Source: Perkinsus chesapeaki ATCC PRA-425 (taxonomy: Eukaryota > Protista > Perkinsozoa). From it: 64,000 nt of DNA. Position numbers and translations under genes: made by a program. How positions within the stretch are numbered: the stretch's first letter is position 1; each line of letters opens with the position of its first letter. The notes below the pieces were generated by a model. The model worked only from the letters and a program-made list of their open reading frames with translations, searched no databases and was not told where the DNA came from. Shown here piece after piece: positions 1-9,970 of this stretch. The stretch covers positions 1-64,000 of the forward strand of contig JAAPAO010000127.1 of NCBI GenBank assembly GCA_013115145.1, written 5' to 3'.

Positions 1-315
1 CCACATATTCCCAGTACTCTGGTTATGCCCATCTCGGTAAGTATCATCAACTATTATAATAATATTATTAATCATCACTTAGGTGCTGGTCTCACTGTCG
101 GTCTCTCTTCACTTGCTGCCGGTCTTGCCATCGGTATTGTTGGTGACTCTGGTGTCCGTGCCAACGCCCAACAGCCCAAGCTTTTCGTCGGTATGATTTT
201 GATTCTTATCTTCGCTGAAGCTTTGGGTCTTTATGGTCTTATTGTTGGACTTGTTGTTGCCTCCACTGCCACTGAGAAGGGTGCCGGTCTTTGCTCTTCC
301 TTCGCCCCCCAGTAA
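1..315 (+). CDS. ATP6V0C: V-type H+-ATPase 16 kDa proteolipid subunit c, copy 1 (5' end outside window; exons <1-36 and 83-315)
   Basis: [54 protein letters not shown] is the conserved C-terminal half of V-ATPase c with the proton-binding Glu; GTAAG..TTAG intron 37-82. Confidence 0.95.
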   Translation, partial: PHIPSTLVMPISVSIINYYNNIINHHLGAGLTVGLSSLAAGLAIGIVGDSGVRANAQQPKLFVGMILILIFAEALGLYGLIVGLVVASTATEKGAGLCSSFAPQ

Positions 316-2001
316 GCGATTAATACCATTGACTCCGTATTGTTGTTGTCGATGGTGATTATTGCTGTGTGATGATTGAGTGGTGACTACTACCGAGTAC
401 GACGACGCATTCCTATCCATATTGGATAATTTCCCTCCTCCCCTGTATTTTTATCACAACTGTTGCTTCGTAGCGAAGTAATAGTCGTTGTCAGATTAGA
501 TGATTCGTTCAGCATCACAGGAAAGCGCTGTTATTGTTGTTTGTTATTGGTGACTGCTACTACTACTGCTGCGTTATACGTGATATCATCGTCAACATTG
601 CAACATTAATACAACTGTCATCACAGAAGCAACAACACTGGTAGGAGCCAATTCCTCTCAAAGCTTACGCCGTGAACCATCGACTTCAATAATATGCTGC
701 ATTGTGTTTTATAGTGTTGTTAATTATCTTTGATATTAATACTACACCTGAAGAGGCCGTACGATTCTCTTTGACGATTCACTGGTGATCTTTTCTATTT
801 GTTTTGGTACTGTTTTTTAATTGTATAGAGATCATTCTGTTTTGACCAGCAGCAAAATAAGCTACTTCTAGTGATGGTTTGTATAATTGAATAATAATCG
901 ATTGTGAGTGCTATAAGCTCCTACCGCGTTTGGTGCAGGGGATCGTGTTAAGGATTGTGTCAGATGTGTGTCTACCCTGTAAGGGCACTGTAGACGCTCA
1001 CAGCCACACATGTTGGTAACGCCCGCGAGGCAAGGAAGTCTGATATGTCTGCTAGCTACATGCTTTCGCCGCACATGGCAAACTTAGCTGGTTATGGTTG
1101 GTGTTTTTGATGTTACTAACGCGTGTCCAGTTGTCTCCATACCCTATTATTGGAACCCGTTCTGAGTTTGAACCACGGACTCTAATTCAAGCCCTGTATG
1201 ACACGATATTATTTTCAATCACAGGTTAGACTGGTAACGTGCCTCTAGCGCAGCCCAAATCACGCAACGATTTCGAGACTAAGAAAAGTTATTGGCGCAC
1301 GAATTGGTATTGTGTTGTTCGGTCCAACGATGAGAAAGAAAAACGAACATGTGTATAATATAACTCGAACAAAGGCTCCGCCGACAATCTCTGAAACATA
1401 GCCTATACTCTCTTCTGAGGGGAAGTCTCCTCGAGAATTTATCGGTGAGACGCATCAAAACCATATGTGAAATGTGAAAAAGGCTGAAGCGTCAGTTACC
1501 AAATCGATTAACTGATACTTGTTATGGTTAGTTTGGTATTGTAAACAGACAGGCTTTCTCTTACCTTCATACGGCTTTCGGTATCGAGCAACAGCTGTTC
1601 AATAGTAAGGAATGACTATCGGGGGATTTCTTCGACCGTCGGGGACAGCAGGACACAATGGCTCGGCTCACGCTTAGTTATCGCGGCGAGGCTGTTTTAA
1701 GCTCTATTCGCCTCACTCTGCATAATTCCTATTATAACATAGATTCCGGTATCCCACCTGTGATGGTCATAGTTACCTTCAGAGGTATTATATATCATCT
1801 CAAGGTCTCTTGAAGCGTTTGTAGGCTATTGGGCCAGCACGGCTTTACTAGCTTAAGCTGCGCTCAAGGGCTCGCCCAAGAACTCGCGCTGTCGTTCGTC
1901 GTCATCATCATTCACTGTGTCTCCTCAATGTATTCATCATTTGTCTTGTTGTGACTTAACCATGTATTTCCTAATAGTTAGTACCCACATTCATTTGGAT
2001 A

Positions 2002-2629
2002 ATGTTCGCCGCTTCGACCGCTCTCGCCGCTTGTGAGCCCAGCTCCGCCTTCTTTGGTTTCATGGGTATCACCGCTGCTATCAGCTTTGCCAATCTCGGA
2101 GCTGCTTACGGTAAGAAGTTAATTGTATCTCCTCCTCATCCTGTTTTATTATTATTATTAGGTACTGCTAAGTCTGGTGTTGGTATTTGCTCCATGGGTG
2201 TTATGAGACCTGATCTCGTTATGCGTTCCATCATTCCAGTTGTTATGGCTGGTGTGTTGGGTATTTACGGTCTTATTACATCCGTTATCATCAACGGTAA
2301 GATGGATACCCCCGCCACATATTCCCAGTACTCTGGTTATGCCCATCTCGGTAAGTATCATCAACTATTATAATAATATTATTAATCTTCACTTAGGTGC
2401 TGGTCTCACTGTCGGTCTCTCTTCACTTGCTGCCGGTCTTGCCATCGGTATTGTTGGTGACTCTGGTGTCCGTGCCAACGCCCAACAGCCCAAGCTTTTC
2501 GTCGGTATGATTTTGATTCTTATCTTCGCTGAAGCTTTGGGTCTTTATGGTCTTATTGTTGGACTTGTTGTTGCCTCCACTGCCACTGAGAAGGGTGCTG
2601 GTCTTTGCTCTTCCTTCGCCCCCCAGTAA
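2002..2629 (+). CDS. ATP6V0C: V-type H+-ATPase proteolipid subunit c, copy 2 (exons 2002-2110, 2162-2350, 2397-2629)
   Basis: Full c-subunit motifs ([52 protein letters not shown]) once GT-AG introns 2111-2161 and 2351-2396 are removed. Confidence 0.95.
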
Positions 2630-4108
2630 ATAGCTATCAGCTACTCCCACCAGAACTGCCAGCATGGTTTTTCACTGGAATTCACTTCAACATCAGCATC
2701 ACGCAGCATCCCCACCCACATGAAGGCTTCATTAATAACCCGCTATTGCCGACGTTCTTTTACTTTCCGTAGTAGATGAGTAACAACGACAATATCGCTA
2801 TTATTGCTTTTGCCTTGTGTTTGATTTATGCTGTGACGACAATACCATTCATCATTAGCATATTTTCCTCAACTTAGAGTTGTTGATTCATCAACTGTGT
2901 TTGGTTAGTTGGTCACTATTGGATAGCTCTCATGTTGCGGGATGAAATCAAAACAACCCCAGTTGGTTTTCGCATGCTTTAAAACCATTGTTTCCTTCTA
3001 CTTGATTAATGCTTGGAGTATTAGTCGTATAACTATAGAGTGTAGTAGTAGAGAGTAGTATTAGTGCCTAGTATTTGACGTCAGCAACTACTAGTTATTC
3101 ATAATCACTCACTCACGGAACCACCAGGATGGATTTCAGATAGTTTGTTGACTTGCAACTCGCAAGTCACAAGTAAACCAGCACAGCACTGCTATCTGCC
3201 GGTCAATAGAGGAATGTTTTCTTTAGATAGAAGAATCTTCACATACCCTCTTCGCTGGTATTATCATTACGTTTCAAGTAAAAACCAAAACTGTTCAACA
3301 AAAATGGCTAGTCAGCGAAGTTGCGACCAGAGACAATTCCATGGAACTTGTTCCCGTTACAGTGATATAATCATACCATTATAACCAATAGAACCCATCC
3401 TCACCGACCGACCTGTACCAAAACTGCTACACGAATTCTGCTTAAACGTGCTTAGTACTTCGTACTGACAGGTCTTAGTCTGAGACTCCCGAGGGACTAT
3501 AAAGCACGATTTTCAGCAGCAGGCATCATCGCTCAATAATATTTCGCATCCTTTCTTCTATCAACTGACCAATCGTTACCAAGCCACAGTCGAATCGTGA
3601 CCTCTTATACACAGGGTCAGGTAAAGTTAGAGGGTCCAAGAGCTAAAGGCCTCTTTCATGGCGCAGTAATTGTGCGCATGCGTGCACATCTGTTCTTCAT
3701 CATTTTTTAATCGCTCCGGCCAACAATTCGGCTCTATCTCTATAGTAACTTACGTCCCCCGTTCACTCCGTTTAACTTAACAATCCCAGCAGTACTCTAG
3801 GATCCTCCAAACACCAACCCAACCTGCTCCTGGGCGAGCGCTACTTCCATTTCTCTTTTTCCCATTGGTATTCTTTTATGGCAGCTTAGACCCTCGTTGC
3901 TCCGTCTAACCTCGATTTTCTTACATACTACAATGCCACTTAGATCTATCAATGCTTTAACTCGTTCAATGTACGATTATTGGACTTTCCACTCGGTTTT
4001 GTAGAATCGATTTGATGACGCAATGTACCGAACCTTTAGTCGTTTGCTGATAAGGTTTCCGTGTCACTTGTAGCCTGTGCCAGTCGTAGTTGATGTCATT
4101 GTGTATAA

Positions 4109-5581
4109 ATGGTAGACGATGCCAGCTTGTCGCCGCCGCCTTTAGAGCACCGTAGCTCCACATCAAGTACAGTATCTTCGGTATCCTCTCTTGAAGATAA
4201 GCAACAGCTTGGCACCACAGCCCTAGTGCCGCTTCATGGAGTTACCATGACCAAGCTGCTTAGTAACAAAGGAGAGGCTTTCTATTACAAGCAAAGAACG
4301 AGTCGCATTCGTCAGAGACGAGAAAGTCAGCTTCTGTATAATCTCTCGGAGCCCGTAGAAGAGCTCGATGAGTTCATATCTCATTCCTGGAATGCAGACC
4401 CTCAAGTTGCTGTATGGACCATGAAGCTACGAGTTAATTTCTGGTTAGCTGTTATTATTAGTATCATTACAACTATAACTATGTCTTGGCTGTTTCGCAT
4501 TGAATCTCGAATCACTACGATTGTCGGTATTCTGTTGTATGTCATTTTGTTGGCGCGAGGACAGGACATACCTCTCAAGCTTCCGTGCGTTCGCCGCACA
4601 TGTGATAAAATGGTATTCTTCGATCGTTGTTGTATTGATCAAGTTGATCCTATACGTAAGGTTGCTGGTATTAAAAGTATTGGAGCCTATCTTAATAAAT
4701 GTGATAGTTTCCTAGTCTTATGGAGTGATGATTATTTTCAAAGGCTTTGGTGTGTATTTGAATTGGCATGTTTCCTAAAAGGTTCGGAGACTATGTCAAA
4801 ACAAAGACCATTAAAGCTCTTTATGATGCCGATACAGAAGTCAGTTTTCCGTTGTATGTTTCTGACTACCGCGTATTGGCTTCTTCTGTCGGTCTCTCCG
4901 AGAAGTCTTCGTCTCCCTCTTGATGTCATTATGTCGGTGGCCCTGTTACGGTTCGTGATCCTCGGTGACCTGGGAGAAAGAATGAAAATGAGATATGCGT
5001 TGTCGGAGATCGATTTTGAAACCGTCCAGTGCACCGAGTCATCTGATAAAGAAATGATTATTGATCTTATCGAGGAGTGGTATGGCAGTCTTGAAAAATT
5101 CAAGTCCTACGTCTCGGACAAGATGTGTCACGCCGCCAAGGAGGCAGTTTCAACGGACAGGTTGATGATTCATATTTGCTGTGTATCGCAGCCTGCAATA
5201 CTTTATGGCCTTGCCCATAAGGATATGCTACAGCCGGCACTGTATGCTTGCAGGGGCATGTTATCTCTGGTTGCTGTGATATATATCTCAAAGAGATTCG
5301 GTATGGCAAGCAACGAGAAGCAGGCAGTTAAGCCTAACGTATGCCGCATTATCGTATATATAGTGTCCGTCTTGGTATCTATAATTGTGGATGTGTTGGA
5401 GAGTCGATGGATTGTTATTCGAAGTCAGCAATATTTTCAGATTATCTCGTGTGTCATCGGTGCAGTGTCCCTTCTTGTTGTTCCTGCCATCACTTTCTCA
5501 TCAACTGCATCGGCGGTCTTCGGAGATCGTTTAGATGATCGGAAATGTTGGCGATGGTTGGTTGATGAATGTTCTTTGTAG
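4109..5581 (+). CDS. TIR-like domain multi-pass membrane protein, paralogue A (intronless, 490 aa)
   Basis: Motifs FISHSW, FFDRCCIDQ, LVLWSDDYFQRLWCVFELACF resemble TIR betaA/betaB/betaC-alphaC; several hydrophobic helices; clear paralogue at 5979-7535. Confidence 0.75.
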   Translation: MVDDASLSPPPLEHRSSTSSTVSSVSSLEDKQQLGTTALVPLHGVTMTKLLSNKGEAFYYKQRTSRIRQRRESQLLYNLSEPVEELDEFISHSWNADPQVAVWTMKLRVNFWLAVIISIITTITMSWLFRIESRITTIVGILLYVILLARGQDIPLKLPCVRRTCDKMVFFDRCCIDQVDPIRKVAGIKSIGAYLNKCDSFLVLWSDDYFQRLWCVFELACFLKGSETMSKQRPLKLFMMPIQKSVFRCMFLTTAYWLLLSVSPRSLRLPLDVIMSVALLRFVILGDLGERMKMRYALSEIDFETVQCTESSDKEMIIDLIEEWYGSLEKFKSYVSDKMCHAAKEAVSTDRLMIHICCVSQPAILYGLAHKDMLQPALYACRGMLSLVAVIYISKRFGMASNEKQAVKPNVCRIIVYIVSVLVSIIVDVLESRWIVIRSQQYFQIISCVIGAVSLLVVPAITFSSTASAVFGDRLDDRKCWRWLVDECSL

Positions 5582-5589
5582 TTTACCGG

Positions 5590-5895
5590 GTATCTTGAGC
5601 TTCACCTTGCAAGATACAAAATAGGTTGATTGCTCGACTATCGTAGTTCATAGTTTATGCCTTTCTGTTAGCCGTTCGAATTGTTGCGACGAACTGTTAG
5701 TTTCTCGCGTAGTACCTCAATTCTTGCGTTTAACTGAAAAGTATCTTAAGGTTGAACCGGCAAGATACGAAGTAGGTTAGTTGACGCACCTCCCTGTAGT
5801 CAAATGCGAACTGTAAGTTTCCCAAGTCTCCAGCACTTGAGTTATAATGAGGCGTATCTTGAGGTTAACCGGGTAAGATACAGAATAGGTTAGCT
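5590..5895 (+). repeat. Three copies of a ~40 bp hairpin repeat GTATCTT-N12-14-AAGATAC-RRARTAGGTT (about 5590-5629, 5741-5780, 5854-5893)
   Basis: Read directly: gtatcttgagcttcaccttgcaagatacaaaataggttg; gtatcttaaggttgaaccggcaagatacgaagtaggttag; gtatcttgaggttaaccgggtaagatacagaataggttag. Confidence 0.85.
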
Positions 5896-5978
5896 TGTTG
5901 CCTTCAGTAATATTTTCTTTCTTGTGGTTCACGACTAATTCATCATCATTATTATTAAACAGCAGACATTGCAGTTGC

Positions 5979-7535
5979 ATGGACCACGACGAGAATAACA
6001 GTAAATGTGGATGTCGTCTGCCCCGAGCCTCCTCGACTGCTAGTACTTCCTATACCGCCTCGGGGTCCCGAGAGGATCTAGAATCGATACAGTCAACAAC
6101 GCCGCCCAGTCCGACTGTTGACTTGCAGATTTCGGCGCATCAATTGGTGCCTCTACGAGCGGTTCGGACCTCTGTGCTTTTGAACATTCGAAAGACGGCA
6201 TTCGAAAGGGCCGATGGGGACAGGAACGGTGAGTTGTATACCTTATCGGAGCCGGTCGAGCGAATAGATGAATTCATATCACACTCCTGGAATGCCGATA
6301 AAGCTGCGATGATGTGGACTTTGACGCTTCGAGTCAATTTCTGTCCAGCGGTGACCTTGAGTATCTTCACAACTTTGCTGCTGGCTTGGTTCACTTATAT
6401 TGATGCCCGTGTCGTCACTTTGATTGGCATCTTGATCTTCATCATTACGATGTTTTGGGGCCATAGAGTCGTCTCCGGGAGGCTGTGGCCTGGGTGGCTG
6501 AAGGACGCAAGTGCGGCGGATAAAATGGTATTCTTCGATCGTTGTTGTATTGATCAAGTTGATCCTATACGTAAGGTTGCTGGTATCAAAAGTATTGGAG
6601 CCTATCTTAATAAATGTGATAGTTTCCTAGTCTTATGGAGTGATGATTATTTTCAAAGGCTTTGGTGTGTATTTGAATTGGCATGTTTCCTAAAAGGTTC
6701 GGAGACTATGTCAAAACAAAGACCATTAAAGCTCTTTATGATGCCGATACAGAAACTCGTTTTCATGTGGACGGTAACCGCTGCGGTCTATTGGTCTGTC
6801 TGGGCCTTTACCCCACCTCAGTGGGCATCTTTGGTTGATGCGTGCATGTGGATGCTTCAAATGAAACTGGTAGTTCTCGACGATCTTGGCTCTCGATTCA
6901 CGATGGGCTGCTGCTTGACAAGCGTTGACTTTGACTCTGTTGAGTGTACGGAGGCAAGCGATAGGAAGACCATTATTGAGTTGATTAAAGAGTGGTATGG
7001 CTCCTTGGAAGCATTCCAGAATTACGCCCAGATGATGCTAACTGAGGTCGCCAAGAGCACCGTGGTGGCTCGGGAGAGGCTAACTGTTGACATCAGTTGC
7101 ATGTCTATGCCTAGTATTATATATGGTTTGGCATTCAATGACATGACAACTCCTGTTACGTATACGTCTCGGGCGCTAATAGCGGTATTTCTAGTAGGCA
7201 GGTTGCTCAAATTCTTCATTCTCTCTCCACAGCATCCGGCGGCGTCAACAACTCCGAAGAAGCTTTCCGCGCGTCGACGGACCTGCCGGATACTCTGCTA
7301 CCTCTCGACGGCTCTGTTGTCAGTTTGCTTGGATGCTGGTAGAAGGTATTACGAGCAGCGACGGCAGGCGGTGAGCTGGGCAGGCTCGCTAAGGCTTATT
7401 TCGGGTTGCATATTCGTTTTGGTGGCCCCGTTGGTTACCTATGGGCCCTCTTTATCATTGTTGTTTGAAGCGAAGGGATGCACTTGTGAAGCTCTCAAGC
7501 TGATGCTGACGGAGAGCACAGGCCTGCCTGAATAG
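5979..7535 (+). CDS. TIR-like domain multi-pass membrane protein, paralogue B (intronless; first ATG 5979)
   Basis: Same FISHSW / FFDRCCIDQ / RLWCVFELA motifs and architecture as 4109-5581. Confidence 0.75.
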   Translation: MDHDENNSKCGCRLPRASSTASTSYTASGSREDLESIQSTTPPSPTVDLQISAHQLVPLRAVRTSVLLNIRKTAFERADGDRNGELYTLSEPVERIDEFISHSWNADKAAMMWTLTLRVNFCPAVTLSIFTTLLLAWFTYIDARVVTLIGILIFIITMFWGHRVVSGRLWPGWLKDASAADKMVFFDRCCIDQVDPIRKVAGIKSIGAYLNKCDSFLVLWSDDYFQRLWCVFELACFLKGSETMSKQRPLKLFMMPIQKLVFMWTVTAAVYWSVWAFTPPQWASLVDACMWMLQMKLVVLDDLGSRFTMGCCLTSVDFDSVECTEASDRKTIIELIKEWYGSLEAFQNYAQMMLTEVAKSTVVARERLTVDISCMSMPSIIYGLAFNDMTTPVTYTSRALIAVFLVGRLLKFFILSPQHPAASTTPKKLSARRRTCRILCYLSTALLSVCLDAGRRYYEQRRQAVSWAGSLRLISGCIFVLVAPLVTYGPSLSLLFEAKGCTCEALKLMLTESTGLPE

Positions 7536-7693
7536 CATCATAATAGCTTAACTGGCATTACGGCCGACCGTTCCTTTCCATTCCTGCGGTCTTGGGTTCA
7601 ATTCCTGCTACTATCATTTCCACGTATCGCATCTTCATTGCGTTGCCGTTGAGTTTTCAGGATTCTTCCGAGCTTACTTTGTTAACCTTCGTA

Positions 7694-8567
7694 ATGGCGA
7701 GTCACTCCTACCAGCAACCTTCCGTGTCTCGGCCACCGCCTCCTCCACCTGGGATGCTAGGATCGCCTCAACAGGTAGTAGTCATTCCCGGGAGTATCAG
7801 CTCGTCGAATGCTGATTGTTATTATCTATTCCGTATCGCCTGGACCATTTTCCTTTGAGCTGTTCGTTTTCCGTGCCCGGAGAGCGCTTGGAGACGAATC
7901 ATCTATTTCAGAACGCGGCAGTTGCAGGATACGGCAATCTCAATCGACATGACAACTCCGGTGACTCCGCCGTCCAACAGTACTAGATTGGGATGGTTGT
8001 TTGCCGTTTGATCGTTAAGTGCAGGTTGTTGATGAATGCATCACAGTTTTCTGCTGCTGCTGCCGCGGGAGTTGCCAAACCATCCACAAATGGACGTGTA
8101 GTATTACGGGTGGACGGGAAAGAATTTATTTTGCAAATGTATCAATCTACATTCATCGGTAGCTCATGCCACAGGCGGCACTATCTCCTCAATCTCGGCG
8201 CTTCGGTTATTAAACTTTCCACCATGGCGGGATGACACATCGAATCCCAGCAGTCTCCAGCATTACGCAGTACCTGCTCTTCTAAATGAGCGGCCTACAC
8301 GACTACGGTGGAATTCCAGCATCTACCTGGGAAATATGTCGAATGAATACAATAAGATTTGCCGCTAGTCCAACCGGCACTACCCCCATTAAAGTCAGGG
8401 AGACCGTCCGCAGAGACGGTGGGATATCACTCAATAGTAGAGGAATGGATCAGCAGCTCATCAATTTCTATTTAAAATACTTTTGGGCGGCAAACTCGTT
8501 CGCCCTCCTCGGGAAGATAAATAGTCGAGCACATGTTGATATTCCGGCACTAGCTTCAACTCCCTAG
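7694..8567 (+). CDS. Hypothetical multi-exon protein with Pro-rich N-terminus (boundaries approximate)
   Basis: ATG MASHSYQQPSVSRPPPPPPG followed by GTAG donor; successive open frames separated by short GT-AG segments; no family recognised. Confidence 0.4.
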
Positions 8568-8881
8568 TGCGCGTCAGTCACCTTGGCCCGTGTCAAGCCA
8601 GCGCGGAATTAAGCTCAATTCGGGCGGCGGTTAGTGTGTATTAGTATGTTTGAATTTGTAGAATATTTTACTTATGCGGATCCGTGAAGTGATATGAGAT
8701 ATCTTCCAATAATGATATGTGCTGCTGCGCACATCTACTTGCCGATGATCGAGATGCGTTTAATTCAGGCCCCAGTCCCGCCGCATAATTTGGCACCCCC
8801 TCACAAGACGGAAGAGCTTGGCCGGTAGGCGATTAGAGGAAAGAGCGGTATGAACATGCGTGCAGTTACGGTCTCGAAGGC

Positions 8882-9637
8882 ATGTTGGAGACAGTATCAC
8901 CATCCGATACGGCAAATCAGTTCCGAAGACAGCTCCAGCTTGGGCTCGATGCCGGCTCCCTGCTCGGTGTTCCCGAGGCGCCTTTCGACACCCCCGGGAC
9001 GGGTCACTTGTCGAAGGATCAGCTAAGGAGATATCGCGTGCCGAATTGCTATTTTGTCGGTGGTGGGGATCAGAATGACCAAAGCATGTCTGGAGTGAGT
9101 TCCAAGTTGCAACGGTTTCGAGATAGATCCGTTCTCCTTCAGTTCCGGTTTGCGGTGAAGGCCAGTCATCCCAAGCAGTACCAGACCGAGACGCTCTTTT
9201 ATATTTTCTATGTATTGGCCGGCGATGAAATGCAAGCGGTTGCCGCAATGGAGCTGCACGCTCGTGGCTGGAGGTTCCAGAAGAAGCTGCAGCTTTGGTT
9301 CCGAGTGGCAACTCAAGATGATATTGATGCAGCCATTGCCAATGGGGAGGGGCCCTCTCGGAAGGCCAAGGCCAAGGATTCGTCACACTATGTATACTTC
9401 GACCCGAGCGGCTGGAAAAATAGAATTTGGGGAGGCTCGTCGGCGGCATTGGAAAGTTCAGAGTTCCTCACTGCGGTTGATCATCAACATCAACTCATGG
9501 CGGCACCGGTTACTTTTCCTCTGCAAACGCATTTCGATCTCTACATGCCAGAGCCGACGGCAGCCAAGCAACAGCAAAGGCTTTTACAAAGGCAACAACA
9601 ACAGCAGCAGCAGAGTAACAACCGAGTTAACGCCTAA
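8882..9637 (+). CDS. NOT2: CCR4-NOT subunit of the NOT2/NOT3/NOT5 family (NOT2-like), with probable in-frame intron 9095-9142
   Basis: YRVPNCY, ETLFYIFY, QAVAAMELHARGWRFQKKLQLWF and YVYFDPSGW match the NOT-box; Gln-rich tail. Confidence 0.85.
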   Translation: MLETVSPSDTANQFRRQLQLGLDAGSLLGVPEAPFDTPGTGHLSKDQLRRYRVPNCYFVGGGDQNDQSMSGVSSKLQRFRDRSVLLQFRFAVKASHPKQYQTETLFYIFYVLAGDEMQAVAAMELHARGWRFQKKLQLWFRVATQDDIDAAIANGEGPSRKAKAKDSSHYVYFDPSGWKNRIWGGSSAALESSEFLTAVDHQHQLMAAPVTFPLQTHFDLYMPEPTAAKQQQRLLQRQQQQQQQSNNRVNA

Positions 9638-9970
9638 AAGGCTACTATCATTAGCTGTATTCGCTACTATGTCATGTCTTGTGTTTGAAAAGTTAAACAC
9701 AGGAATATTCAATAACGGAAAGTAGCAACAAGTAATGAGATGGTTGCTTGATGATGATCAAAAGGCGATATCTCAAGCTAGGCTGTCTCGGTGGTGGGTG
9801 ATTCATACTAACGGCGAGGTTATCGATGTCTTAACAGACAAGTCTATTGTTATCAACATCGTCTGGTCTGATAAGCTGTTGTTTAAGAACGGATTCAAGG
9901 AATACCACTTGGATGGCTGGTGCCAAATGAGGTATAAATGCCTCGAGTAATTTGCTAGCCCCAGAGGACA

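Noticed and set aside
1146-1195. tRNA-Gln-like fragment on the minus strand (GTCCGTGGTTCAAACTCAGAACGGGTTCCA)
   Set aside because: Stem pairing is poor and there is no intron context; too degenerate to count with the other modules
8760-9449. 229-aa minus-strand ORF
   Set aside because: Antisense shadow of the NOT2-like CDS
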